DNA of 24,000 nt from Streptococcus phage phiARI0746, in the sequence record KT337365.1. One strand, 5' to 3'. Below are positions 16,255-24,000 of this stretch, piece by piece. Numbering within the stretch: position 1 is the first letter of the stretch; every line of letters begins with the position of its first letter. A program made the translations under genes and the position numbers. The notes under the pieces are model-generated. The model was not told the origin of the DNA. It worked only from the letters and a program-made list of their open reading frames with translations, and did no database searches.

Positions 16255-17412
16255 TTAATTTCCTCCTAACCCCTGTGCTATTGCAGAAATAACGTTTACT
16301 GTTACGCTATTGCCTGCTTGCTTGTATAATTGACTGTTAGAGTTGACCTCCTGCGCCTTATCAAAAGCCCAATCAGGAAAACCTTGTAACCTCCAGCATT
16401 CTCTAGGTGTCAGCTTTCTAATCCTAAAATCAGGCTCAACCACACCTTGACTCTCTCCAGTTAAGAGAGTATTTGCTATCTGCTTACCTACTCGCCCTCT
16501 GCGTGTTTTAGAGTTTGGATGCGATAGGTTTACACTATCTCCAATTTCAGCCTCTTGGTAGCCTTGCTTGGTTGCTTCTTTTACTCTGATTTTAGGTTCA
16601 AGATTTCCTCCTTGATACGCTCTGATTGTTGGTGAAATACCATCAATCTCATAAACAACGCCGCTTTGATTGTAGTTTGGTTGCAGAACACCAAACTGCT
16701 TTATTTCATTTTCAATTAAAACTTTTAACGGATCTTTTTGTGTCGTAGTACTACACAGGGTGGGAGCTAATGAGTCATTTGAGACGACATCACCACTTTG
16801 CGATTTCCCTTTTTTTCTAATATTTCCAACCTTGTTTATTTTTGGTTGTTCACAAGTAATCGCTGCACCATCTCCGCTGAGAGGAAATACCTTTCGTCCA
16901 CTTCCTCCTCTAAGATGTCCGATAATGAACACACGTTCCCGATTTTGGGGGACTCCAAAATTTTTGCTGTTAAGCACTTGCCATTCCACATCATACCCCA
17001 GTTCATCCAACGCTGAGAGGATGACCTCAAAGGTATTTCCTCTGTCGTGGTTAAGGAGTCCCTTGACGTTTTCAAGGAATAGATATCTGGGTTTGAGAAT
17101 AGATGCGAACCTTGCGATTTCAAAGAAGAGAGTTCCTCTTGTATCTTCAAATCCTCGTCTGTTTCCTGCAATGCTGAAAGCCTGGCACGGAAATCCTCCA
17201 CAGATAACATCAACATGTCCGATTCCTCGAATAGTGTCATCTGATACTGTTGTGATGTCATGTAATTCAATTTCTCCTTTCGTATCGTGTATAGCTTTAT
17301 AACTAGCTCTAGCGAATTTGTCTATTTCACAAAATCCTATACATTCATGCCCGGCTGATTCCATGCCGAACCTAAAACCTCCAATGCCAGCAAATAAGTC
17401 TAAGAATTTCAT
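16255..17412 (-). CDS. dcm: C5-cytosine DNA methyltransferase (Dcm-type, orphan)
   Basis: 385 aa; MKFLDLFAGIGGFR, DVICGGFPCQAFS, FLENVKGLL, NRERVFIIG, RKLTPRECWRLQGFPD, QAGNSVTVNV motifs; no adjacent endonuclease. Confidence 0.95.
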   Translation of the reverse strand: MKFLDLFAGIGGFRFGMESAGHECIGFCEIDKFARASYKAIHDTKGEIELHDITTVSDDTIRGIGHVDVICGGFPCQAFSIAGNRRGFEDTRGTLFFEIARFASILKPRYLFLENVKGLLNHDRGNTFEVILSALDELGYDVEWQVLNSKNFGVPQNRERVFIIGHLRGGSGRKVFPLSGDGAAITCEQPKINKVGNIRKKGKSQSGDVVSNDSLAPTLCSTTTQKDPLKVLIENEIKQFGVLQPNYNQSGVVYEIDGISPTIRAYQGGNLEPKIRVKEATKQGYQEAEIGDSVNLSHPNSKTRRGRVGKQIANTLLTGESQGVVEPDFRIRKLTPRECWRLQGFPDWAFDKAQEVNSNSQLYKQAGNSVTVNVISAIAQGLGGN

Positions 17413-17437
17413 AACTTAACTAGAATATCCCCTTTCG

Positions 17438-17983
17438 CTAAAACGGTAAATCATCATTACTAATATCCAATGGATTTGTGGGTCTACCAAATGGATTGTT
17501 ATCACGGGTGAAATCAGGAACTGGATTTGTTGTGTTCCCCTCAAAGAAAATGCCTTGTTGCCCGTAACTATTTCCATTTTGGAAAGAACTGCCTTGATTA
17601 CTGTAGCCCTGCTGCTGATAACCGCCATGATGGTCTTGATGACCTTGATTATTGTGCTGACTGTTACGACTTTCCAACAGTTGAAAATTACTGGCAACAA
17701 CTTCTGTGACATAAACACGTTGACCTTGCTGGTTATCATAGCTACGTGTTTGAATTACTCCTGTAACTCCGATAAGAGAGCCTTTTTTAGCCCAATTAGC
17801 AAGATTTTCAGCTAACTGTCTCCAGATAACGCAATTGATAAAATCAGCCTCACGCTCTCCAGCCTCGTTCTTAAATGGACGGTTTACAGCAAGAGTAAAC
17901 GTAGCAACCGCAATATTAGATTGCGTGTATCTCAGTTCGGCATCTCTTGTAAGTCGCCCTACTAAAACAACGTTATTTATCAT
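17438..17983 (-). CDS. ssb: single-stranded DNA-binding protein
   Basis: 181 aa; [39 protein letters not shown]...; C-terminal DISNDDLPF. Confidence 0.97.
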   Translation of the reverse strand: MINNVVLVGRLTRDAELRYTQSNIAVATFTLAVNRPFKNEAGEREADFINCVIWRQLAENLANWAKKGSLIGVTGVIQTRSYDNQQGQRVYVTEVVASNFQLLESRNSQHNNQGHQDHHGGYQQQGYSNQGSSFQNGNSYGQQGIFFEGNTTNPVPDFTRDNNPFGRPTNPLDISNDDLPF

Positions 17984-18149
17984 TTTGCACCTCCTCTACT
18001 TCTGATACCTTGATTTCATTTGAACCAAACTTTAATAAGTCGGTATATCGTTTCACAAACTCAATAGCGGCCACAAATGAATTTTCTGCATTGATTTCTG
18101 ACCCCAAATCAAGATCTGCAATTTTACCGCTGACATAAAAACATCTCAT
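17973..18149 (-). CDS. 58-aa hypothetical protein upstream of ssb (below ORF-track cutoff)
   Basis: Read from sequence: [58 protein letters not shown]; its 3' end carries the ssb SD (GGAGG). Confidence 0.65.
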   Translation of the reverse strand: MRCFYVSGKIADLDLGSEINAENSFVAAIEFVKRYTDLLKFGSNEIKVSEVEEVQNDK

Positions 18150-18170
18150 AGGTCTGACTCCTTATTCTAC

Positions 18171-19163
18171 TTAATCCTCCAAAGTTTCAAAACCGATAAA
18201 GTTATCCTCAAAATATTCTTGTGTATTTTCCCACTGTTCTAAACCACCGTGCAATTCAAGACGTACTAATTTGACCAAAGGCTCGCTAGGCTCAAATTTT
18301 GCCACCTCTCGCGCATTGTTTTGAGGTTCTGGTGTAATTGTACCCTGTTCCAAAATCTCGCCTGTTTCGGCATCGTAAGCCTTGATATTCGCATTAGCAT
18401 TTTTCTTGGCCGATTGAGCAATTTCTTCAAGTCGTTCAGCTTTTGCTTTTTCTTGAGCCTCTTTCTGCTCTTTGCGTGCAATCTCAGCATCTCGGTCAGT
18501 TTTCATCATCTTGAGGATATCAACAAGACTCTTACCATCTTCAAAGTGTCTGATATAGCTGTCAGCTGGCAAATCGTACTCTTGAGCTTGCTCTTGGATA
18601 GCTTGCTTGTTGGCCTTGTATTCTTCCAGGGCATCAAATTCTGAAAGTACTAAGTCATCCATTTCATCAAGTATTGTCTTTTTCAGCTCATACTTGCCTG
18701 TTTTAAAATATTTCTTGAGGCTGTACTCATTGTATTTGTCAGCGAATGTGGATTTTTCAATCCCTGCGACCATACACTTATCCTCAAATGTAGCACGCAC
18801 GACATCCACGCGCATCAATCGTTCATGTTCATCAATCGCATTAAGTCCTGCTGACATAGCATCTGTCACTGCCTCAATAGGCTTGATGACTTTTTCTTTG
18901 ACCCACTTATCAAAGTCTTTTGCCGGCTCGTTGATTTGTCGGTTAAAATCTTTGCGTTGAGTGTCTAAGCTCCCAATCAGCTTATTAAAGCGGGTTCGCT
19001 CTTCATAAACTTCTTTGTAATTATCAACAGTAACCTCGCGACCGCTATACTGTGCAATGGCTGTGGCTACTCGTGCCTCGATCGCCTCACGGTCAACATT
19101 AATTACTGCTGGTTGGAAATCCACCTTGATTTCTGTCAAGCTATTAGTTACATCTTTTACCAC
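18171..19163 (-). CDS. DUF1351 family protein
   Basis: 330 aa, NREAIEARV...EERTRFNKLIGSLDTQRKDFNRQINEPAKDFDKWVKEKVIKPIE pattern. Confidence 0.85.
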   Translation of the reverse strand: MVKDVTNSLTEIKVDFQPAVINVDREAIEARVATAIAQYSGREVTVDNYKEVYEERTRFNKLIGSLDTQRKDFNRQINEPAKDFDKWVKEKVIKPIEAVTDAMSAGLNAIDEHERLMRVDVVRATFEDKCMVAGIEKSTFADKYNEYSLKKYFKTGKYELKKTILDEMDDLVLSEFDALEEYKANKQAIQEQAQEYDLPADSYIRHFEDGKSLVDILKMMKTDRDAEIARKEQKEAQEKAKAERLEEIAQSAKKNANANIKAYDAETGEILEQGTITPEPQNNAREVAKFEPSEPLVKLVRLELHGGLEQWENTQEYFEDNFIGFETLED

Positions 19164-19175
19164 GTCTTTGTTCTC

Positions 19176-19502
19176 CTAGTCTGTGTAAATTTTGATTTTA
19201 CTACCTGATGATGAATGCCCAAAACATAAATTGCCATTATCACAAATTAAGGCAAGTTCTGTTTTTGATAAATTAGGGGTATTCTTATAAATTTCATAAA
19301 GTGAATTCCCGTAACTGCCACCAACTCGACCATATACAACATCAACAATTCCTTGTTCTTGTTCATTCATTTTGTCGTAATTCCACTTATCCTTGATGAT
19401 ATATTTCTCTTTTAACTCTTTTAGAGCTGAAAGATTAGATTTCTGTTTTTGGCTTTCGTTTTCTGTGAAAGCCCATGGCGAATAAATTTTATTTTCTGTC
19501 AT
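19176..19502 (-). CDS. hypothetical protein
   Basis: 108-aa ORF between DUF1351 and Erf. Confidence 0.55.
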   Translation of the reverse strand: MTENKIYSPWAFTENESQKQKSNLSALKELKEKYIIKDKWNYDKMNEQEQGIVDVVYGRVGGSYGNSLYEIYKNTPNLSKTELALICDNGNLCFGHSSSGSKIKIYTD

Positions 19503-19505
19503 GTC

Positions 19506-20201
19506 TTATACTCCTTGTTTTTCGTATGCTTTTTGAATTTGTTTAGTGAGATAGTCCATCACTATGTTATAGCCATCAACTGGCACTTTGTGGAAATCGT
19601 CTATTTGATACTTGCTCAATACAAAATTTGCAACTGTATCAAATGGCGCTCCCTTAATCGTCGCAATTTCTTCAACGTTCTTGATGATTTCTTGATACTG
19701 AATGTTGTCAATATACCTTACTTGATTTTGTCCTTGGGCTTGCTGGTTGTTTGGTTTCTGTTGCTGATTATTCTGTCCTTGCTCTTGGCTTTCTTCTACT
19801 GGATACTCATCAACATCCTCACCTCCAATGGCAAATAAACCTTGTAAAGCATATTTTCTAGCATAAGAACCAACCGCACCTGTCCATTGTGGATCTTGCA
19901 TCTGTTTCACATCCCCTTTTTGTGTGTGAAAAATTGGTACATCTTCTTCTCTAGCCCATCCAATAGCTTTTTCAATCGTGCCATCACTTTCTCTTTTAGC
20001 AACAGCTACCGCTTTATAATACAGTTTGTCACCTTTTTGAATGATGTCATCTTCTGGAAATGATACACTCCAACCGCTATCCAAAGACTTAAATTTATTA
20101 TTTATGTCCTCTGCGGTTCTAAACGGATATTTCACTCCCTGTTTCGTTTGTTTTTCGATTTGCATTTTTCGCTGTAATTCTGCAAATGTTAAATCAGCCA
20201 T
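19506..20201 (-). CDS. erf: ERF family single-strand annealing recombinase
   Basis: 231 aa; KYPFRTAEDINNKFK...GAVGSYARKYALQGLFAIGGEDVD typical ERF motif. Confidence 0.88.
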   Translation of the reverse strand: MADLTFAELQRKMQIEKQTKQGVKYPFRTAEDINNKFKSLDSGWSVSFPEDDIIQKGDKLYYKAVAVAKRESDGTIEKAIGWAREEDVPIFHTQKGDVKQMQDPQWTGAVGSYARKYALQGLFAIGGEDVDEYPVEESQEQGQNNQQQKPNNQQAQGQNQVRYIDNIQYQEIIKNVEEIATIKGAPFDTVANFVLSKYQIDDFHKVPVDGYNIVMDYLTKQIQKAYEKQGV

Positions 20202-20206
20202 ATTAT

Positions 20207-20578
20207 CTATCCTCCAAGTCTACTAAAAGGCACATCCCATGAATAGTTAGTAAAGTTTTCGTTTACAATATTCTTGATGATTTCACCTTTTGAAATTTCA
20301 ATTTCCTGTGTAAATTCCATACCCATTTCAAAAGTGAAAATTTTAATATCAACATCAAACTTACTAGAAATAAACGCACGTCTTGTACCGTTTATATAAA
20401 AATAATCATACTCGTTTTTAAATATTAGTAGAGTGCCATCGTATTCTTCTTCAAGCGTTGCGCCTTTATTTCCTAATAGCATTTCTTTTAAAGCTGATGC
20501 AACGTTTTCGCGTCTGCCTCTTAATTTAAGAGTCCCCTCTGCCCAATTTGGCATATTTCTTTCCTCCTTTAAAAACAT
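20207..20578 (-). CDS. hypothetical phage protein (start probably ATG at 20554, MPNWAEGTLKLRG)
   Basis: 123-aa ORF. Confidence 0.65.
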   Translation of the reverse strand: MFLKEERNMPNWAEGTLKLRGRRENVASALKEMLLGNKGATLEEEYDGTLLIFKNEYDYFYINGTRRAFISSKFDVDIKIFTFEMGMEFTQEIEISKGEIIKNIVNENFTNYSWDVPFSRLGG

Positions 20579-20605
20579 TGAGTAATTTTTTGTAAATGGT
20601 ATTTG

Positions 20606-21277
20606 TCATTTTCCTCCTCCAAAGACATTAGTTTCTCTAATTTCAATTTTTGAAATCTTAGCTGGAATTTTCAAGGCATCAAATATTGAGACAATTATCT
20701 GTAATTCTTTATCAGATAAATCATTAACGGATTTTATTAGACCATTAAATCTAAACACCACTTCACTATCTCTATCTATTGTTTGATAGGTTAATTTAGA
20801 GGGAATTCGATTCTTTCCACTCTCGATTTTTTCAATTTCTTGTCTTAAAATCATAGACCCCTTAGTTAAACTGGCGTTACTTTTTATACTAAGTGTACTC
20901 TTTCTCTGTTTATCGATAACGTCATAAATATATGAATTTGACTTCCCTATGATATTAGAAATTTTTTCATACGTCGCACCTGTCAGGCGTTGATATTGAT
21001 TTACATTATCAATAAATTCTTTATAAATTTTTGGATTTACTGGGGTTGAATGTCTATTTTTTTTAATAGGGGTATCCTGTGTAAAGAGATCAGAAACACT
21101 CACATTCATTGCGGTAGCGATTTTTTTCATTGTTTCGTATTGGATATTGAGGATGTCTAAATTTTCAATCCCCCTCAGACTAGATGTCTCTATACCAACT
21201 TTTGATGCTAATTCATCTAATGATAAACCTTTTGAATTTCTAATAGATTTAACTTTTAAGCCATCAAATTTTCTCAT
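20606..21277 (-). CDS. XRE-family HTH regulator with extended C-terminal domain
   Basis: 223 aa; LKVKSIRNSKGLSLDELASKVGIETSSLRGIENLD...ETMKKIATAMNVSVSDLF; a second HTH-like stretch around TYEKISNIIGKSNSYIYDVI. Confidence 0.8.
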   Translation of the reverse strand: MRKFDGLKVKSIRNSKGLSLDELASKVGIETSSLRGIENLDILNIQYETMKKIATAMNVSVSDLFTQDTPIKKNRHSTPVNPKIYKEFIDNVNQYQRLTGATYEKISNIIGKSNSYIYDVIDKQRKSTLSIKSNASLTKGSMILRQEIEKIESGKNRIPSKLTYQTIDRDSEVVFRFNGLIKSVNDLSDKELQIIVSIFDALKIPAKISKIEIRETNVFGGGK

Positions 21278-21319
21278 TATTTTTACCTGTGGATAAATTC
21301 CTCTTTCTATTATTCTTAT

Positions 21320-21348
21320 AACTACTAGATTGTTATTTATTAGTAGTT
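21320..21348. promoter_or_regulatory. inverted repeat upstream of the XRE regulator, candidate autoregulatory operator
   Basis: AACTACTA-n13-TAGTAGTT. Confidence 0.45.
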
Positions 21349-21357
21349 GTTATTCTG

Positions 21358-21624
21358 CTATCGTGTCATCTTAACGGTTTTAGCCATTTCTTTCTTCCAT
21401 GGTTGACTGCCTCGATATTGCAAGTATTCATAGAAACCTTTAATCGTTACAAGTTGTCCACTATCCAAAAGATGTTTTTGCTGACTAGGGAGTTTTTTCA
21501 TTTCTCTTCTTCGCTCTCCTGCTTGTCGTTTTGAACATCCAAAGATACGTTTTAACTCTTCATCGTTTGCAGAAATCTTCTCGATGATCACATCTTTAAT
21601 TCTCACGATTTGAACTGTTTCCAT
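21358..21624 (-). CDS. hypothetical DNA-binding-like phage protein
   Basis: 88 aa, ANDEELKRIFGCSKRQAGERRREMKKL helix-turn-helix-like stretch. Confidence 0.6.
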   Translation of the reverse strand: METVQIVRIKDVIIEKISANDEELKRIFGCSKRQAGERRREMKKLPSQQKHLLDSGQLVTIKGFYEYLQYRGSQPWKKEMAKTVKMTR

Positions 21625-21665
21625 TTTTCCCCTTTCATGCTATAATTAAGTTAGATTTTTTTAGA

Positions 21666-21695
21666 AAGTGTCTGAGTTTCTCAGATACTTTTTTG
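21666..21695 (+). terminator. plus-oriented Rho-independent terminator-like hairpin
   Basis: AGTGTCTGAG-ttt-CTCAGATACT followed by T-run on the + strand. Confidence 0.65.
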
Positions 21696-21719
21696 TGTAC
21701 TCTCTTTTATTTATTAAGA

Positions 21720-21786
21720 GTAGTACTTGTTGTTAGTTAGTATTTATTGTTATTTAATACTTGTTGTTAATTAGTATTTATTAGTG
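21720..21786. repeat. AT-rich imperfect tandem repeat (2 copies of about 31 nt)
   Basis: tacttgttgttagttagtatttattgttatt / tacttgttgttaattagtatttatta. Confidence 0.7.
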
Positions 21787-22221
21787 CCCAAAATCTGACA
21801 TCTCACTTTCTGACATCTCACTTTCTGACATCTCACTTTTTGGAATGTCAGAATTATAATTCATAGACGCCCTTTTGATAGATAGGTTCAATCTCTGTTT
21901 CATAATATCGAATTGGAAATCAGATATTTTTACATCTGAAAAGAATCTGAATATATGACTCCCTCCATTTCCAGGAGGTTTTTTTCTGATTTTTCGTAAA
22001 TATCCAGCCTCTTCAAAGATTTTGAAATACTTATCGATTGTCTTTCGGTTAACACCTTTTCTTTTAGCTATCTCATCCGGATAGACTTGCCAATTTGGGT
22101 GATTAGCCAGCACCACCATCATGATGCCAACCGCTGTAAAATCCAGCGCAGGATCGTTGATAAAACTATTACTAACAGCAGTATAATTTTCAGTCGCATT
22201 CTTGAAAGATAAATTGACAAT
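21781..22221 (-). CDS. helix-turn-helix domain phage replication/regulatory protein; 5' end lies upstream of the track start, reading frame apparently shifted
   Basis: Frame open to 22221: (ATT)VNLSFKNATENYTAVSNSFINDPALDFTAVGIMMVVLANHPNWQVYPDEIAKRKGVNRKTIDKYFKIFEEAGYLRK...; no ATG upstream of 22122 in frame. Confidence 0.75.
   Translation of the reverse strand: MVNLSFKNATENYTAVSNSFINDPALDFTAVGIMMVVLANHPNWQVYPDEIAKRKGVNRKTIDKYFKIFEEAGYLRKIRKKPPGNGGSHIFRFFSDVKISDFQFDIMKQRLNLSIKRASMNYNSDIPKSEMSESEMSESEMSDFGH
21795..21839. repeat. 15-nt unit x3 in-frame tandem repeat
   Basis: ctgacatctcacttt x3, encoding (SEMSE)n at the C-terminus of the HTH protein. Confidence 0.95.
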
Positions 22222-22307
22222 CTAAATTTTTAAAGTCTGTCATACAGTCTCCTTTCTCTTCACTTATTTTCAATCATTCTTTCTACTTTCTAACCTGTCA
22301 GGTATTC

Positions 22308-23015
22308 CTAATTAAGGAACTTATCGATAAAATACTGTTGTCCTTTGCCTGTGACCTTTGGTGTCTTGTTCACAGTGATATGTCCATCTGCGTGTTGCAC
22401 GTTTGTTTCCTTGATTTCAAAGAGTTTCAAGTCCATGCTACGTTGGGTTGGCATGTTCCAATCTGAACCTTTGCGCTTAATCAGGTAGCCATTTTCGCGC
22501 ATCCAAGAAAAGAGGCGATTGGCACCGATTTTGTAGCCGTTTTGGCTAATGAGCTTGGCAAGTTCGCCAACCAAGATAGATGTATGGCTTGCACTTACTG
22601 CGTCTGCAAAGAGGACTTTGGGTTTGTCCGCTTCAATCTGAGCCTCCAGCTTGTGGACTTTCTGATCAGCCATGAGCAATGCTCTTGCCATAATCTTCTC
22701 AGGGCTATTAAAGTCTTTTTCTACTTGGATAAAGTATTGTCGGACTTGCTTACCTCTCTCCGTCCGCTGGATCATAGCAATTTCCTTGGCCATGTCTAGC
22801 TTGATGATGTGGTCAGTCGTATTTTGACCTGTTGAAGAGGTGAGACATTTTTGGGTCACCTTTAAAAAGTCCTCATTTTCATTAAAGCCGTATTCAGTCA
22901 TGCGACTAAACCACTTCTTATATTCTGTTTTAACTCCCAACGCCTCGTGCAATTGACGACCAGATACAATCGGCTCGTGATTGTCATTCACAGTTATTTT
23001 AATAATTTTGTTCAT
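22308..23015 (-). CDS. AntA/AntB + KilAC phage antirepressor
   Basis: Start MNKIIKITVNDNHEPIVSGRQLHEALGVKTEYKKWFSRM... and C-terminal KilAC (IGANRLFSWMRENGYLIKRKGSDWNMPTQRSMD...KVTGKGQQYFI). Confidence 0.93.
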   Translation of the reverse strand: MNKIIKITVNDNHEPIVSGRQLHEALGVKTEYKKWFSRMTEYGFNENEDFLKVTQKCLTSSTGQNTTDHIIKLDMAKEIAMIQRTERGKQVRQYFIQVEKDFNSPEKIMARALLMADQKVHKLEAQIEADKPKVLFADAVSASHTSILVGELAKLISQNGYKIGANRLFSWMRENGYLIKRKGSDWNMPTQRSMDLKLFEIKETNVQHADGHITVNKTPKVTGKGQQYFIDKFLN

Positions 23016-23025
23016 GTTCTTCCTC

Positions 23026-23217
23026 CTACTCAATCCCATAATCTTCAATCACTTGAAGAATGAAACTGTTCGCTCGTGGTCCCTTCGTCGTCCCACTCAG
23101 AATGTTTGTTACTTCCTGTCGTTTAAAGCCATAAGCAATCGCTAGACTTGTTTTTTTAATACCTTTGTCTTTCAGAAAATCATTGACTTTCTCACGACCA
23201 TTTGTGATATCTGGCAT
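23026..23217 (-). CDS. Cro-like HTH protein
   Basis: 63 aa, first leftward gene; KVNDFLKDKGIKKTSLAIAYGFKRQEVTNILSG. Confidence 0.75.
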   Translation of the reverse strand: MPDITNGREKVNDFLKDKGIKKTSLAIAYGFKRQEVTNILSGTTKGPRANSFILQVIEDYGIE

Positions 23218-23289
23218 ATGTGTTCCTCCTTTTTACTTATTTTGTAAATAAGAAACAACTAAAAATTTAACTATTTTTTATCTTTTCGC

Positions 23290-23318
23290 TTGACTTTTTT
23301 TAGATGTTCGTCTAAAAT
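23290..23318 (+). promoter_or_regulatory. candidate rightward (repressor) promoter overlapping a 20-nt palindrome
   Basis: TTGACT-N17-TAAAAT; operator TTTTAGA-TGTTCG-TCTAAAA at 23298-23317. Confidence 0.55.
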
Positions 23319-23424
23319 GAAAGCATAATAAAAACACTAATAAATCTATAAATACCGTTCGCAAAAACATTTTTATAATTTATTTCTTAGTTGTTTTTTT
23401 AGTTGTTAATTACTTACAAATACT

Positions 23425-23453
23425 ATTTTAGTTGTTCGTCTAATTTTTGTCAA
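23425..23453 (-). promoter_or_regulatory. candidate leftward early promoter overlapping an operator
   Basis: Minus strand TTGACA-N17-TAAAAT; spacer contains AATTAGACGAACAAC, the same operator family. Confidence 0.7.
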
Positions 23454-23513
23454 GTGTTTTAGGCGAAAAAATAAAATATTTTTTTGTAATGCTTCAGAAA
23501 GGTTGATGTATCA

Positions 23514-23876
23514 ATGTTTGAGACATTCGAAAAAATTAAAAGTTTAGCTAAAAAACAGGGAATTTCTCTAAACACTTTAGAAGATAGGGTTGGTTTGGGG
23601 AAAAATTACATTTACAGTCTTAAAAATAAAAAGACTCCATCTGCTGAACATATATCCAAAATCGCTGACTACTTCAATGTATCTACAGACTACTTACTTG
23701 GTCGCACAGATAATCCTACCATCGCTAATAAAAAAGAACAATTCTTTTTCGAAGGCAAAGAAGTCGATGTTGAGGAACTTGCCTCTACTGCTATGCGCTT
23801 CAATGGTAAACCACTAACTGAAGAAGATAAAAAAGCAATTCAAAACATAATAGAGATCTATCTCAGAAAACAATAA
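23514..23876 (+). CDS. CI-like XRE repressor
   Basis: 120 aa, SLNTLEDRVGLGKNYIYSLKNKKTPSAEHISKIADYFNVSTDYLLGRTDNP; AGAAAGG SD. Confidence 0.92.
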   Translation: MFETFEKIKSLAKKQGISLNTLEDRVGLGKNYIYSLKNKKTPSAEHISKIADYFNVSTDYLLGRTDNPTIANKKEQFFFEGKEVDVEELASTAMRFNGKPLTEEDKKAIQNIIEIYLRKQ

Positions 23877-23897
23877 TAATCAAAGGTTGGATTGTTT

Positions 23898-24000
23898 ATG
23901 ACTGAAAAAGAATTTTCTCAAAATCTAGGTATAGATATAGAGATTTTTGAAGATGGTCTATTTCCAGATGAAGCCTTTTACATCCCAGCCCTCAAAACTA
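23898..24000 (+). CDS. ImmA/IrrE-like protein, partial
   Basis: ATG at 23898: MTEKEFSQNLGIDIEIFEDGLFPDEAFYIPALKT..., directly downstream of the repressor. Confidence 0.65.
   Translation, partial: MTEKEFSQNLGIDIEIFEDGLFPDEAFYIPALKT

Noticed and set aside
16760-17302. 180-aa + strand ORF
   Set aside because: Antisense to the methyltransferase; low-complexity translated product without known motifs, no SD context; shadow ORF.
17416-17739. 107-aa minus-strand ORF overlapping ssb
   Set aside because: Alternative frame of the confidently assigned ssb gene.
18266-18490. 74-aa minus-strand ORF inside DUF1351
   Set aside because: Lysine-rich alternate frame of the charged coiled-coil region.
19449-19838. 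129-aa + strand ORF with hydrophobic C-terminus
   Set aside because: Antisense to Erf and its neighbour; hydrophobicity results from the Q/N-rich Erf linker read in reverse.
21795-21839. Short regular repeats considered as a CRISPR-like array
   Set aside because: Unit is 15 nt with no spacers and is in-frame inside a gene.

Overview
The window looks like the early and middle part of a Streptococcus-type temperate siphophage/prophage, inferred from gene content and order. The CI-like repressor and ImmA-like gene are on the + strand at the right end. Everything else is one long leftward (minus-strand) programme: Cro, antirepressor, helix-turn-helix protein, XRE regulator, Erf, DUF1351, SSB, C5 methyltransferase, DUF2303-like, RusA-like, YopX, DUF1492, a roughly 1.2 kb non-coding interval with tRNA-Ser(GCU), terminase small and large, portal, MuF protein, cargo genes, scaffold, capsid, head-tail proteins and the start of the major tail protein. 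Main observations: (1) The MuF/minor head protein carries a C-terminal RelA/SpoT-synthetase-like domain. It is followed by a 69-aa ORF and a stand-alone HD-type small alarmone hydrolase homologue, and the block ends in a strong terminator. This looks like a virion-associated alarmone-type toxin with a hydrolase immunity gene. (2) A hairpin-rich non-coding region of about 1.1 kb lies between tRNA-Ser and a Rho-independent terminator just before the terminase. It is a candidate giant phage ncRNA (GOLLD/ROOL-like or new). (3) Two genes have anomalous 5' ends (a possible AUU start and a possible +1 frameshift). (4) The lysogeny switch has apparent face-to-face promoters over repeated operators. 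All family names come from reading the sequence; no searches were run.
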